DNA of 64,000 bases, from assembly GCA_938038735.1 (NCBI GenBank), contig CALHSW010000073.1, forward strand, positions 30,486 to 94,485, written 5' to 3'. Under the pieces are notes generated by a model that saw only the letters and a list, made by a program, of their open reading frames with translations, was not told where the DNA came from and ran no database searches. This document shows positions 25,746-36,035 of the stretch, in pieces; the first letter of the stretch is position 1; each line of letters starts with the position of its first letter. This stretch comes from an uncultured Bacteroidia bacterium (GTDB lineage Bacteria; Bacteroidota; Bacteroidia; Bacteroidales; CAJPTX01). The position numbers were made by a program, and so were the translations under genes.

Positions 25746-26942
25746 CTAGTACCTTTCCACCCGCAGCATGAAGTCACTTAATACATTCATATAGTTTATG
25801 AACGCATCGTAGGGCGAATCGTAGGGGTTAAAATACTTGTGCACATCGCCATCGCTGAACCACTTCGTGCACATGTAGTAGAAATGGTCGCTCGTCTGTA
25901 GGTAGAGCCAATCGCGGTGCAAATCGGGGTCATCTATCTCCGCCACCCTATCGGCTAGGCTGTAAAGCGTGTTGAACGCCTCATCCTGCAGCTCGTTGCC
26001 CAGCCATGCCGTGAGGTCCCGCTCCTCGTCCGCCCAGCTGGTGGGGTACGGCACGTGCAGCGGCGCAACGGTTTGGTGCAGCTTCGCCGTCTCGGCCGGC
26101 GTACGGAACTCAAAATCCGTCTGCCCATATATGGCGTTTGGCAACGCCCGCATGAAATCGAAAATCCCCGTGTCGGCCCACTGGTGCTCCCCAAAAGTCT
26201 CGTAGTCCATGAAGAGGTTCACCACCTCGTCCTTGCTGGGTAGCGCATTGAGCCAGCCCGCATACTTTTCCGTGGTGAGCGGCCACCCATTCCACCCCCT
26301 ATTGGAGAAACGGAACGCGATATCATCGCTCAGCTGAAAATTCTTGAGCAGGAGCTTCAGCTTAGGATTGATGGGGTTATGGTACAAGAAGTTGGGACTC
26401 TTCCACCCCAGCACGTGCTTTGCGCCCTCGGCCAGCATTTGGGAGAAACCCATGGCCGCAACGCGCGCCCCGATTAAATCGCTATATATCAGCTCCGTAT
26501 CGCGGAACGTGGTGGGGGTAACCCCAAACAATCCCTTCACCCTATCGCAATGCTCCTGCACCTGCCGCTCAAATGCGTCGCCCTCCTTTAGGGCCACCAG
26601 CGAGTGCGCGTAGGTCTCAGCCAAAAACTCCACCTGCCCCGTCCGCGCCAGCTCCTGGAAGGTCTGCAGCACCTCCGGCGCATACATCTCAAACTGGTCA
26701 AGCGCCACCCCCGAAATGGAGAACGAAAACTTCACCTTTGAACCGTACTGCGCTATAAGGTCTAGCAAAAGCCGATTGGTGGGTAGATAGCACTTCTCAG
26801 CCACCTTGCGCATGATCGAAGCGTTCGCCTGCGCATCGAAGTAGTCGTGCGCCACGCCTAAATCAAAAAAACGGTAGCGGCGAAGCCTAAAGGGTTGATG
26901 TACTTGGAAATAAAAGCAAAGTGTACGCATATTACGTGTCAA
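25746..26942 (-). CDS. glycoside hydrolase family 57 (alpha-amylase-like)
   Basis: 398 aa. The N-terminus MRTLCFYFQVHQPFRLRRYRFFD matches the GH57 start. It sits in the conserved Bacteroidetes glycogen cluster with GT4 and debranching-enzyme genes. Confidence 0.8.
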   Translation of the reverse strand: MTRNMRTLCFYFQVHQPFRLRRYRFFDLGVAHDYFDAQANASIMRKVAEKCYLPTNRLLLDLIAQYGSKVKFSFSISGVALDQFEMYAPEVLQTFQELARTGQVEFLAETYAHSLVALKEGDAFERQVQEHCDRVKGLFGVTPTTFRDTELIYSDLIGARVAAMGFSQMLAEGAKHVLGWKSPNFLYHNPINPKLKLLLKNFQLSDDIAFRFSNRGWNGWPLTTEKYAGWLNALPSKDEVVNLFMDYETFGEHQWADTGIFDFMRALPNAIYGQTDFEFRTPAETAKLHQTVAPLHVPYPTSWADEERDLTAWLGNELQDEAFNTLYSLADRVAEIDDPDLHRDWLYLQTSDHFYYMCTKWFSDGDVHKYFNPYDSPYDAFINYMNVLSDFMLRVERY

Positions 26943-26962
26943 TTCTTTTTGTGGTGTCTACT

Positions 26963-28246
26963 CTAGTGGGCGAGCAACGAACGGTAAACCTCAAGCAGCA
27001 TCGATGCCGCGCTCTCCCACTTCAAATTAGTAACCTCATGGGTGCCGTACTTCTGGAAGAATGGGCTCAGCGCCTTGTAGGTCAATATGGCATGAATGGC
27101 ATCCGCCAACGCATCAACGTCCCAAAAGTCCACCTTGATGGCGTACTTCAGCACCTCCGCCACGCCCGACTGCTTCGAGATAATCACCGGCACCTGGCTC
27201 CGCATCGCCTCCAGCGGCGTGATGCCGAAGGGCTCCGAAACGGACGGCATAACGTAGACGTCGCTCATGCTATAGAGCCTGTCCACCTCCTCCCCCCGCA
27301 GAAAGCCCGCGAAATGGAACTTACTCGCGATCCCCAGCTCCGCCACGCGGCGCACCATACGGTTGCGCATATCGCCGCTCCCCGCCATCACGAAGCGCAC
27401 GTTATCCATCTTGCCCAGCACCCGCTGGGCCGCCTCCACGAAGTAATCGGGACCCTTCTGAAAGGTAATGCGCCCCAAGAAGGTCACCACCTTCTCGGGG
27501 AAGGGACGCCCCGAACGGTTGCTTTCCACCTCCCCGGTGAAATCTATCGCATTATGAATCGTCACCACCTTCTTCGGGTCAATGCCGTAGCGCGAAATGA
27601 CGATACTGCGCGTCAAATGGCTCACGCACACCACGCGGTCGGCATTCTCCATGCCGTAACGCTCAATGTTATAGACCGTTTGGTTAACGTTCTCCCCGCT
27701 GCGGTCAAATTCTGTGGCGTGCACGTGCACCACCAACGGCCGCCCCGACGCCCGCTTCGCCGCCACGCCAGCCAAATAGGTGAGCCAGTCGTGCGCATGG
27801 ATTACATCGTGCGGCGTTTGCCGGGCAATCGACGCGGCAATGAGGGCGTAGCGATGCACCTCAGCAAGCAAATCCGCCCCGTACGTCCCGCTGAATGAAA
27901 AATGCCCCGAAGCCCAGTGGTTCTGCACCATACGCTCCTTGTAGTTCGCCCCGAACTCTCGTATCACGTCCTCCTCCGTGCAGTAGGGGTATAGAAAGGA
28001 ATCCACCGCGAGGAACTGCACGTAGCGGCTCAGCGTCAAAGCCTCCTCCTGGCTTAGCGAAAAACCTATCTCCTCGGCCGAAAGCATCCGCAGCCGATCG
28101 CCACCCTCGCCGCCAAACAGCTTGGGCATCACGAAGGTAACATCCACCCCCACCTTCGCTAGTCCCCCGGTAATGCCTTTGCACGCCGTGCCGAGTCCCC
28201 CAGTAATATGCGGCGGGAACTCCCATCCAAACATCAATACTCGCAT
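26963..28246 (-). CDS. GT4-family glycosyltransferase, glycogen synthase-like
   Basis: 427 aa. It starts MRVLMFGWEFPPHITGGLGTACKGI and carries the E-x7-E region SVSEPFGITPLEAM. Confidence 0.8.
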   Translation of the reverse strand: MRVLMFGWEFPPHITGGLGTACKGITGGLAKVGVDVTFVMPKLFGGEGGDRLRMLSAEEIGFSLSQEEALTLSRYVQFLAVDSFLYPYCTEEDVIREFGANYKERMVQNHWASGHFSFSGTYGADLLAEVHRYALIAASIARQTPHDVIHAHDWLTYLAGVAAKRASGRPLVVHVHATEFDRSGENVNQTVYNIERYGMENADRVVCVSHLTRSIVISRYGIDPKKVVTIHNAIDFTGEVESNRSGRPFPEKVVTFLGRITFQKGPDYFVEAAQRVLGKMDNVRFVMAGSGDMRNRMVRRVAELGIASKFHFAGFLRGEEVDRLYSMSDVYVMPSVSEPFGITPLEAMRSQVPVIISKQSGVAEVLKYAIKVDFWDVDALADAIHAILTYKALSPFFQKYGTHEVTNLKWESAASMLLEVYRSLLAH

Positions 28247-28249
28247 GGC

Positions 28250-30280
28250 TTAGGCCTTTTTCATTTCCTGCTCCCTCACGAACCGCTCCGGATGCATATA
28301 CTCCGCCACGCGCTGCACTGCCGCCACGCTCCACGCCTGGGCGTACGTCCCGCCCGGCGTATGCGGCGGGTCGCCATCAAACACCTCGCCGATGGTGCCT
28401 AGCCCATAGCGCTGCATCTCCTGCTCCATCGCCTCCAGAATCTGCCGCCCCACGGTCTGCGCCGCGTACTCCCCCTTCACCCGCCGCGTGGCGCAAAGGT
28501 ACTCCGACAGCCAGAACGGCCATATCGTACCCTGATGGTATGCCTCATCGCGCGCCGCCTGCCCCCCACCGTAGTGGGGCTTATAGTTCGGACTCTTCGG
28601 CGAAAGCGTGCGAAGCCCCAGCGGCGTGTACAGCTCCCGGCGCACCGTCTCCAGCACCCCTGCCTGCTGCTCCGCCGTCAGCGGCGATGATGGTAGCGAC
28701 ACCGCCAGCAGCTGGTTGGGGCGCACGAACGTATTCGCCCCCTGCTCATCGACGTAGTCAGCGAGGTAGCCCTTCTCCGGCAGCCAAAACTCCGCCACGA
28801 AGCTCTCCCGCACCCGCGCCGCGAACGCCTCCATCTTCGCCGCATCTTTCCCTTTGCCCATCGCCGCGTACAGGCGCTGCATGAAGCACAGCGCGTTGTA
28901 CCACAACGCATTTATCTCCACGTCAAACCCCGTGCGCGGGGTCACCGGCCGTCCGTTCACCACGGCATCCATCCACGTCAACGCCTGCCCCGTCTCGCCA
29001 GCCCATAGCAAGCCATTCTCGCGCACCCCTATGGAGAAGGGGAGCTGCCCATCGCTGGTGAGACTATCAAAAACGCTCCGGAGCGCTCTGCCCCATAGCT
29101 TGCACGCCCGCGCGTAGTCCCCCGTGTAGCCGCAGTACTCCTCCACCGCTCGGAAAAGCCACAGCGGCGCATCCACGCTGTTAAATGCCGGCGCATCCAC
29201 GCGCCCCATATTGGGCAGCAGGCCGTCCTTCATCTCCTTCACCAGCGAGGTCATCACCCGCTCAAAATAGTCCACATGCCCCAGCGGCAGCGTCAGCCCC
29301 GGCAATGCAATCAGCGTGTCGCGCCCCCACCGGCCGAACCATGGGTAGCCCGCCACCACGTACATCGAGTGGCCGTGGTCCGCCAAAAACTGCTCCGCCG
29401 CGGCCTGCAGCGTGCTGATAAAGTCGTCTCGCCGCGGCCGTTTCTCCAGCTCTGCGTTAAAGCTTCGCAGCAGCTGCCGGGGATTACACTCCTTCGTCGC
29501 CGCCGAGAACACCAGCGGCTGCCCCGACTTCAGGGTGCATTCAAAGTAGCCCGGCACGAACAGATCCTCGTGGCAATCGTAGCCCCGGTTATACTCCTCG
29601 GAGTACTCCACGTTGTAGTGCCAATCGGGCGCATGCACGTACTCACTCGCCACGTTGGTCTGCAAATAAATCGTCGGGAAGCCGGGGTACATCCGCCCGC
29701 TCGCACCGTTCGGCACCGGCGTAAATTTCACGTCTACGTCCAAATTCGCATGCGACAGCGCATGGCTGTTGCGGAACGACAGGAATGGGCGTATGCTGAA
29801 TTTCAGCGTCCCACTCCCCTCCAGCAGCGTGTAGCGCACCATGAGGTGCTCCTGGGTGTGCGCAAAGAGAAGCTCCTTCTGCAGCACGATATCGCCCACT
29901 CGGTAAACGAATGTGGGCGTCGGCGCAAGCCGGAACGACACCAAATACTTATGTCCCCGCGGCTCGTACACCCCCGGGAACCGGCGCACCCCCAAATGGA
30001 ACTCCTGACCATTGACCGTGAGCGTCTCGTCAAGCGTGGAGAGCAACACGTGGCGCTCCCCGCCAAAATGCTCCAGCGGGAGTACCATCAGCCCATGGTA
30101 CTTCCGTGTATTGCACAGCGCGCAGGTGGTACTCATATACCCCCCGCTGTGGTTAGTACTCAAAAATTCGTGCGTGAGCGCACGGCTCAAGCTCACCAGC
30201 TCAGGCTGCTCAAACGCTATGTACGGACGCTTCGCGCTCCGCCCCTCTCCTGTAGTTTTTTTTGTTGAAATCTTTCCCAT
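28250..30280 (-). CDS. glycogen debranching enzyme / amylo-alpha-1,6-glucosidase family
   Basis: The ORF in the track runs 28250-30337; the more likely start is Met20 (MGKISTKK) at 30280. It has a GDE_N-like N-terminus and a GDE_C (alpha/alpha)6 region with GYPWFGRWGRDTLIALPG. Confidence 0.8.
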   Translation of the reverse strand: MGKISTKKTTGEGRSAKRPYIAFEQPELVSLSRALTHEFLSTNHSGGYMSTTCALCNTRKYHGLMVLPLEHFGGERHVLLSTLDETLTVNGQEFHLGVRRFPGVYEPRGHKYLVSFRLAPTPTFVYRVGDIVLQKELLFAHTQEHLMVRYTLLEGSGTLKFSIRPFLSFRNSHALSHANLDVDVKFTPVPNGASGRMYPGFPTIYLQTNVASEYVHAPDWHYNVEYSEEYNRGYDCHEDLFVPGYFECTLKSGQPLVFSAATKECNPRQLLRSFNAELEKRPRRDDFISTLQAAAEQFLADHGHSMYVVAGYPWFGRWGRDTLIALPGLTLPLGHVDYFERVMTSLVKEMKDGLLPNMGRVDAPAFNSVDAPLWLFRAVEEYCGYTGDYARACKLWGRALRSVFDSLTSDGQLPFSIGVRENGLLWAGETGQALTWMDAVVNGRPVTPRTGFDVEINALWYNALCFMQRLYAAMGKGKDAAKMEAFAARVRESFVAEFWLPEKGYLADYVDEQGANTFVRPNQLLAVSLPSSPLTAEQQAGVLETVRRELYTPLGLRTLSPKSPNYKPHYGGGQAARDEAYHQGTIWPFWLSEYLCATRRVKGEYAAQTVGRQILEAMEQEMQRYGLGTIGEVFDGDPPHTPGGTYAQAWSVAAVQRVAEYMHPERFVREQEMKKA

Positions 30281-30441
30281 GCGCCTCCACTTTTTTCTAT
30301 TAGTCCTAATGCCTTCCACCCAAAGCACGCCCTTCACCCCTCAACGCCTGCACGTCCCACGCCGTCTCCTCCCACCGCTGCCCTCCCTATCCTACGATGC
30401 GCCCCCGCAGACTACTCCACTAATTACGCTCTAAGTATTTG

Positions 30442-30449
30442 CAAAGTTA
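30442..30449 (-). promoter_or_regulatory. -7 promoter motif (TAACTTTG) for the glycogen operon
   Basis: The reverse complement of caaagtta matches the motif. It lies in an AT-rich patch upstream of the debranching-enzyme gene. Confidence 0.5.
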
Positions 30450-30808
30450 GCTAAAATTATTTATAGGCGGGCATTCAAAATGAAAATTATTTCTTTCTGC
30501 ATAGAAAGGATACCGTATCACGCTGAAACACAGAACGCGGCGTAATACACCCTCGCTTCAAAAAGCAAAATCCAACCAAATCTTCACTCTTTCTCAATGC
30601 GCCGTATTCCCTCTCCGTAAGCCAACCCTAATGCTGCAATGCGCATCCTTACCGCCCCATGCGCCCCGATGCCTTTGGTGGCGTACCTCCCGCGCACCCC
30701 TGTTGCGCATACGCCTCGCCACGCCATACGCACCCCATCTCTCCACGCTATTCCACCAGAAACGTAGAACAAAAATGCAATATGTACCTTTTAGCGCCAT
30801 TATTTTTC

Positions 30809-30816
30809 TATCTTTG
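30809..30816 (+). promoter_or_regulatory. -7 promoter motif (TATCTTTG) for gcvP
   Basis: Exact TAnnTTTG match 58 nt upstream of the gcvP ATG. Confidence 0.6.
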
Positions 30817-30873
30817 CGCCGCATTGCCGAAGGCAAACGCAATATGTTGAACTGTATATACAAAGTGTAAGCT

Positions 30874-33747
30874 ATGAGTCAGGATGTCTTTTCAAATCGT
30901 CATATCGGGGTCCGTGAAACCGATTACCCCGAAATGCTGGCGGCGATAGGCGTACAGTCCATCGACGCGCTCATTGAGCAAACCGTACCGCACGATATTC
31001 GTCTTCCTAAGAAAATGGACCTACCGACCCCAATGTCGGAGGCCGAGTATCTAGCCCACATACACACGCTGGCGGGCAAGAACAAAATCTTCCGCTCCTT
31101 GATAGGCCGCGGGTACTACGGCACGCAAACGCCGGCCGTGATCCAGCGAAACGTATTTGAAAATGCCTCGTGGTACACCTCCTACACGCCCTACCAGGCG
31201 GAGATTAGCCAGGGCCGCCTTGAGGCACTCCTCAACTTCCAAACGATGGTGAGCAGCCTCACAGGGCTAGAAATGGCGAACGCGTCGCTGCTCGACGAGG
31301 GCACAGCCGCCGCCGAGGCCATGCTCATGATGTTTAGCCTCCGGAGCCGCAAGGCGGAGAAAGAGGGACGCAACGTGCTTTTCGTAGACGACAATATCTT
31401 CCCGCAGACTGCCGATGTGATAATCACCCGCGCCGAGCCGCAGGGCATTGAGGTGGTACGCGGATGCTACAGAGATTATACCTTCACTGGCAAGGAGTTC
31501 GGCGTGATTGTGCAATACCCCGACTCGAAGGGGGAAATTCGCGATTACATGGCACTCGCGGATGCTGCGCATAGCCATGAGGCCCTCGTGGCGGTGGCCG
31601 CCGACATCCTTTCGCTCGTGCTGCTCGAAGCCCCTGGGGCGTGGGGCGCCGACATTGCGCTAGGGTCAACGCAGCGTTTCGGCATTCCGTTGGGCTGCGG
31701 TGGTCCGTCTGCGGGCTACCTAGCCACGCATGATAAGTACAAACGGAACATGCCGGGGCGCATCGTGGGGGTTTCGGTAGATCGTCATGGAAACCATGCG
31801 CTACGCCTCGCGCTGCAAACGCGCGAGCAGCACATCAAGCGCGAAAAGGCTACCTCCAATATATGCACTGCGCAGGCGCTACTCGCGACCATGGCGAGCT
31901 TCTACGCCGTCTACTACGGCCCCGAAGGGCTACGCCGCATCGCGATGAATGCGCACGGTGCCGCGGTAAAGGCGGCGGAGGTTCTCAAGAGCCTCGGATG
32001 CACCATCAGCGTCGAAAACTTCTTCGACACCATCCGCGTCAAGCTGCCCGAGGGCATCGCGCAGGAGAGCGTCCGCAGGGAGGCTCTCGCCAATGGGTTC
32101 AACTTCTACTACACCGATTGCGGCGCCATTTCGATCTCGTTCGATGAGCTCTCCACGGCGCAGGAGCTGACGAAGATAATCAGCATTTTCGCCAAGGCCA
32201 TCGGAAAGCCCGCCGTGCCCGTGAGCTGCATTGAGCTCAGCGAACCCGCCTTCAACAAGCAGTTTGCGCGCAAAACGCCTATCCTGGAGGAGAAGGTATT
32301 TAATCTCTACCGCTCCGAGACGGAGATGATGCGCTACATCAAGCAGCTGGAGCGCAAGGACATTGCGCTGAACCACTCTATGATCCCGCTCGGCAGCTGC
32401 ACCATGAAACTCAACTCGGCGGCCTCCATGCTGCCGCTCTCATGGCCTGAGTTCACGTCAATTCACCCCTTCGCGCCGGCCGACCAAATGGAGGGCTACG
32501 CGGAGATTATCCACAACCTTGCAGCCTACATCTCGGAAATCACCGGCTTCGCCGGCACTACCTTCCAGCCTAACTCCGGCGCGGCGGGCGAGTACACGGG
32601 GCTAATGATTATACGGAAGTACCACCTCTCGCGTGGCGATAAGCAGCGCACCACGGTCATCATTCCCTCCTCAGCCCACGGCACGAACCCCGCCTCGGCT
32701 GCCATGGCCGGCGCAAAAATCGTGATTGTGGACTGCGATGAGAACGGCAATATTGACGTGGATGACCTGGAGCGGAAGGCGAAGGAGAATGCCGATACGC
32801 TCTCTGCCTTCATGGTGACCTACCCATCAACCCATGGTATATTTGAGAGCAGGATCCGGCGAATGATGGACATTATCCACGAGAACGGTGGGTTGGTCTA
32901 CATGGACGGCGCCAATATGAACGGCCAGGTGGGCCTCACCAGCCCCGGCTACATCGGCGCGGACGTTTGCCACCTCAATCTGCACAAAACGTTCGCCATC
33001 CCGCACGGAGGCGGCGGCCCTGGCATCGGCAGCGTGAGCGTGAGCAAAGAGCTCACCCAGTTCCTCCCGAACCACAGCATGGTTAGCGTGGGGGGCGAAA
33101 ATGGCATAACGGCCGTTGCCTCATCCCCTTGGGGCAGCGCCTACGTCATCCCCATCGTCTACGCCTACGTGCGCATGATGGGCGAGGAGGGCCTCACCCG
33201 CGCCACCGAAACGGCCATCCTCAGCGCCAACTACATCGCCGCCCGCATCAAGGATTCGTACGGCGTGGTCTACACCGGCGAAACAGGACGCGTGGGGCAC
33301 GAGTGCATTGTGGATTGCCGCGACTGCCGCGAGAAGTATGGTGTGGAAACCGCAGACATCGCACGGCGACTGATGGACTACGGATTCCATGCGCCAACGC
33401 TCTCCTTCCCTGTGCATGAAACGCTGATGGTGGAGCCTACCGAGAGCGAATCAAAGGCGGAGATTGACCGTTTCTGCAACACGCTCATCGCCATCAAGGA
33501 GGAGATGAAGGAAATAGGCAACGGCAAGATGCCCAAGGACGACAACCTGCTGGTCAATGCGCCGCACACCGCCGAGGAGGTATCGGCCAACGAGTGGACG
33601 CACCCCTACAGCCGAGAGCAGGCCGCGTATCCTCTACCGTGGCTGCGCCTCAACAAGTTCTGGCCTACCGTGAGCCGCATTGACAATGGCTACGGCGACC
33701 GCAACCTTATATGCACTTGCGCACCGATAGAAAGCTACCTCGAGTAG
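30874..33747 (+). CDS. gcvP: glycine dehydrogenase (aminomethyl-transferring), glycine cleavage P protein
   Basis: 957-aa single-chain P protein. It starts FSNRHIG, carries SYTPYQAEISQGRLEALLNFQTM, and has the PLP-lysine region CHLNLHKTFAIPHGGGGPG. Confidence 0.95.
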   Translation: MSQDVFSNRHIGVRETDYPEMLAAIGVQSIDALIEQTVPHDIRLPKKMDLPTPMSEAEYLAHIHTLAGKNKIFRSLIGRGYYGTQTPAVIQRNVFENASWYTSYTPYQAEISQGRLEALLNFQTMVSSLTGLEMANASLLDEGTAAAEAMLMMFSLRSRKAEKEGRNVLFVDDNIFPQTADVIITRAEPQGIEVVRGCYRDYTFTGKEFGVIVQYPDSKGEIRDYMALADAAHSHEALVAVAADILSLVLLEAPGAWGADIALGSTQRFGIPLGCGGPSAGYLATHDKYKRNMPGRIVGVSVDRHGNHALRLALQTREQHIKREKATSNICTAQALLATMASFYAVYYGPEGLRRIAMNAHGAAVKAAEVLKSLGCTISVENFFDTIRVKLPEGIAQESVRREALANGFNFYYTDCGAISISFDELSTAQELTKIISIFAKAIGKPAVPVSCIELSEPAFNKQFARKTPILEEKVFNLYRSETEMMRYIKQLERKDIALNHSMIPLGSCTMKLNSAASMLPLSWPEFTSIHPFAPADQMEGYAEIIHNLAAYISEITGFAGTTFQPNSGAAGEYTGLMIIRKYHLSRGDKQRTTVIIPSSAHGTNPASAAMAGAKIVIVDCDENGNIDVDDLERKAKENADTLSAFMVTYPSTHGIFESRIRRMMDIIHENGGLVYMDGANMNGQVGLTSPGYIGADVCHLNLHKTFAIPHGGGGPGIGSVSVSKELTQFLPNHSMVSVGGENGITAVASSPWGSAYVIPIVYAYVRMMGEEGLTRATETAILSANYIAARIKDSYGVVYTGETGRVGHECIVDCRDCREKYGVETADIARRLMDYGFHAPTLSFPVHETLMVEPTESESKAEIDRFCNTLIAIKEEMKEIGNGKMPKDDNLLVNAPHTAEEVSANEWTHPYSREQAAYPLPWLRLNKFWPTVSRIDNGYGDRNLICTCAPIESYLE

Positions 33748-33772
33748 TTTCTGGGCAGTAGAGATTGGGCAA

Positions 33773-33809
33773 GGGCCGCTGCGTTAATCAAGAACGCAGC
33801 GGCCCTTTT
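33773..33809 (+). terminator. rho-independent terminator after gcvP
   Basis: 13-bp perfect stem GGGCCGCTGCGTT / AACGCAGCGGCCC with a 7-nt loop, followed by TTTTG. It lies 26 nt after the stop codon. Confidence 0.85.
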
Positions 33810-34116
33810 GTTAGAGGCTTCAACTCTGTTGACATCATCATCACAACACGCTATTATGGCATGCGTGTAGTGCCACCCGCGTAGCCATCAGGGCTGTAAA
33901 TTCTACAGTGGCATCCAAGGCAAGAGAAAACACTATACCCTTCTGGATGTGCTATAGCAGCACGAGTACTATGCCATAGGGGGCAGCTACTAGACCTCTG
34001 GCAGTGGACAATAATCAAGCAGGAGCAATGCGGGGTCTTTTTCTTCTTGCCTTCTTCCTCATCCTAGACCCATTTTTATGGATAGGCACGTGATTTTTTA
34101 AATAAAAATAGTTTCG

Positions 34117-34124
34117 TACCTTTG
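34117..34124 (+). promoter_or_regulatory. -7 promoter motif (TACCTTTG) for the cyd operon
   Basis: Exact motif preceded by an AT-rich tract (TTTTTTAAATAAAAATAG). It lies 41 nt upstream of the DUF4492 ATG. Confidence 0.65.
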
Positions 34125-34164
34125 CGCCGGAGGCAGCTGGGCCAGCTTACCCGGCGTCACTAGT

Positions 34165-34452
34165 ATGGAAAAAGAAAATATAACCGAAATCAACAGCCCT
34201 ACGGCAGGAGCGGCGGCGTTGGAAACTCCAAAACGCAATGTTTTCGTACGCATTTTTCGCTTCTACTACGATGGATTCCGCAACATGAACCGCACGTGGC
34301 GGGTCGTGTGGATTATTATTTTGGTTAAGCTTTTCATCATGTTTGCCATACTAAAAGTATTTTTCTTCCCCAATCACATCGCTACGCAGTGCGACACGAA
34401 TGAGCAACGTAGCGAATACGTGATCGAAGAGTTGACTAGAGGAAATGATTAA
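34165..34452 (+). CDS. DUF4492-like small membrane protein, first gene of the cyd operon
   Basis: 95 aa with one TM (VVWIIILVKLFIMFAILKVFFF). Its position immediately upstream of cydA is typical of Bacteroidetes. The family name is from memory. Confidence 0.65.
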   Translation: MEKENITEINSPTAGAAALETPKRNVFVRIFRFYYDGFRNMNRTWRVVWIIILVKLFIMFAILKVFFFPNHIATQCDTNEQRSEYVIEELTRGND

Positions 34453-34466
34453 ACGTCTATACAACT

Positions 34467-36017
34467 ATGGATGAAGCACTTATGTCGTTGGTAGATTGGT
34501 CTCGGGCGCAATTTGCGCTGACGGCCATGTACCACTGGATGTTCGTTCCGCTAACGCTGGGGCTAACATTTATGATCGCGTTTATGGAAACGCTATACGT
34601 GCGCACGGGCGATGAGGGGTGGAAAAACGCCACGAAGTTTTGGATGCGCATCTTTGGGGTCAACTTCGCCATCGGGGTCGCCACAGGCCTTATCCTCGAG
34701 TTTGAGTTTGGCACCAACTGGAGTAACTACTCATGGTTCGTGGGCGATATCTTCGGTGCCCCGCTCGCTATCGAGGGAATTATGGCGTTCTTCATGGAGG
34801 CCACCTTCATCGCGATCATGTTCTTCGGTTGGAACAAGGTGAGCAAAAAATTCCACCTCACCGCCACGTGGCTCACAGCCATAGGTGCAAACCTCTCGGC
34901 GCTGTGGATCCTTGTGGCCAACGCCTGGATGCAGTATCCCGCGGGAATGCACTTTAATCCCGACACCGCACGTAACGAGATGGCGAGCTTTTGGGAGGTA
35001 CTCTTCTCGCCGGTGGCTATCAATAAGTTCCTACACACCACCACCTCGGGCTACTTGCTCTCGGCAATCGTGGTTATCGGCATCAGTGCATGGTTTCTAT
35101 TGAAGGGACGGCATCAGCTTCTCGCGAAGCGAAGCATCATCATCGCGAGCGTCTTCGGGATAATCTCCACGTGCTTTGTGATTTTCACGGGCGATGGCTC
35201 TGCGTTCCAGGTGGCCCAGAAGCAGCCCATGAAGCTTGCGGCGATGGAGGGACTCTACGATGGCTCTGAGGGCGCAGGGCTTGTCGGTGTCGGCTTCGTT
35301 AACTCCAAGAAGCAGCCGGGCGACGACCAGGAGGCATTCCACTTCAAAATTGAAATCCCTAAAATGCTATCGTGGCTCGGGTATCGTGATGCTAACGCCT
35401 TCGTGCCGGGGGTCAATGACATCATCAACGGCGGCTACACCTACACCAACGAGAACGGTGAAACCGTAACCGAACCCTCTGCTGAGGAGAAAATTCAAAT
35501 AGGCCGTGAAGCCATTGCTGCGCTAAAAACGTACAACGAAGCCAAGAAGGCTGGCGATTCGGAGACAATGGAGGCTGCAAGAACGGAGCTGAACCAAAAG
35601 TTCAAATACTTCGGCTACGGCTACTTGAACGATCCCAATAGCCTCGTGCCGAACGTACCCCTCACCTTCTACTCCTTCCGTATCATGGTGTTCCTGGGGA
35701 TGCTGTTCTTCATATTCTTCATTGTGGTGCTGATGCGTAGCCTCAAGAACAAGATGCACACCCGTTGGCTGCTAATTACGTCCATCGTGATGGTGCCACT
35801 GGTGTACATCTGCAGCCAGGCCGGATGGATCGTGGCGGAGGTTGGCCGTCAGCCTTGGGCTATTCAAGACGTGCTGCCGCTCACGGCCGCCGTCTCGCGA
35901 ATTGATGCCAGCGCGGTGCAAATCACCTTTATCATTTTCGCTATCCTCTTCACGCTGCTGATGATAGCGGAGCTGAGCATCATGTTCAAACAAATTAAAC
36001 TTGGGCCAAAAGAATAA
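34467..36017 (+). CDS. cydA: cytochrome bd ubiquinol oxidase subunit I
   Basis: 516 aa. The N-terminus SRAQFALTAMYHWMFVPLTLGL and the region GRQPWAIQDVLPLTAAVS are CydA signatures. Confidence 0.95.
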   Translation: MDEALMSLVDWSRAQFALTAMYHWMFVPLTLGLTFMIAFMETLYVRTGDEGWKNATKFWMRIFGVNFAIGVATGLILEFEFGTNWSNYSWFVGDIFGAPLAIEGIMAFFMEATFIAIMFFGWNKVSKKFHLTATWLTAIGANLSALWILVANAWMQYPAGMHFNPDTARNEMASFWEVLFSPVAINKFLHTTTSGYLLSAIVVIGISAWFLLKGRHQLLAKRSIIIASVFGIISTCFVIFTGDGSAFQVAQKQPMKLAAMEGLYDGSEGAGLVGVGFVNSKKQPGDDQEAFHFKIEIPKMLSWLGYRDANAFVPGVNDIINGGYTYTNENGETVTEPSAEEKIQIGREAIAALKTYNEAKKAGDSETMEAARTELNQKFKYFGYGYLNDPNSLVPNVPLTFYSFRIMVFLGMLFFIFFIVVLMRSLKNKMHTRWLLITSIVMVPLVYICSQAGWIVAEVGRQPWAIQDVLPLTAAVSRIDASAVQITFIIFAILFTLLMIAELSIMFKQIKLGPKE

Positions 36018-36035
36018 AAGAGGGGAGGTTTAGCA

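Noticed and set aside
26921-30268. Long plus-strand ORFs (325 aa at 26921-27898 and 330 aa at 29276-30268) antisense to the glycogen synthase-like and debranching-enzyme genes.
   Set aside because: They are typical shadow ORFs of GC-rich genes, with Arg/His/Pro/Leu-rich low-complexity translations and no motifs. The opposite strand carries clear family signatures.
30338-30873. Possible glycine riboswitch or other leader in the 536-bp divergent region upstream of gcvP.
   Set aside because: I could not find the conserved glycine-riboswitch cores (GGAGAG...CACCGAAGGGGCAA-type). The gcvP -7 motif lies only 58 nt before the ATG, which leaves too short a leader. The GC-rich remainder (30590-30770) shows only short 5-bp hairpins. 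A cmscan run would settle this.
32507-32515. Exact DnaA-box consensus TTATCCACA, and the idea that the strand switch plus rpmH marks oriC.
   Set aside because: It is a single box inside the gcvP coding sequence. There is no cluster of boxes, no AT-rich unwinding element and no dnaA gene in the window. In Bacteroidetes rpmH is not a reliable origin marker.
34028-34093. 21-codon hydrophobic mini-ORF (MRGLFLLAFFLILDPFLWIGT) upstream of the cyd operon.
   Set aside because: It ends 24 nt upstream of the cyd -7 promoter motif, so it would not be on the cyd transcript. It has no promoter of its own, and ORFs this short arise by chance.
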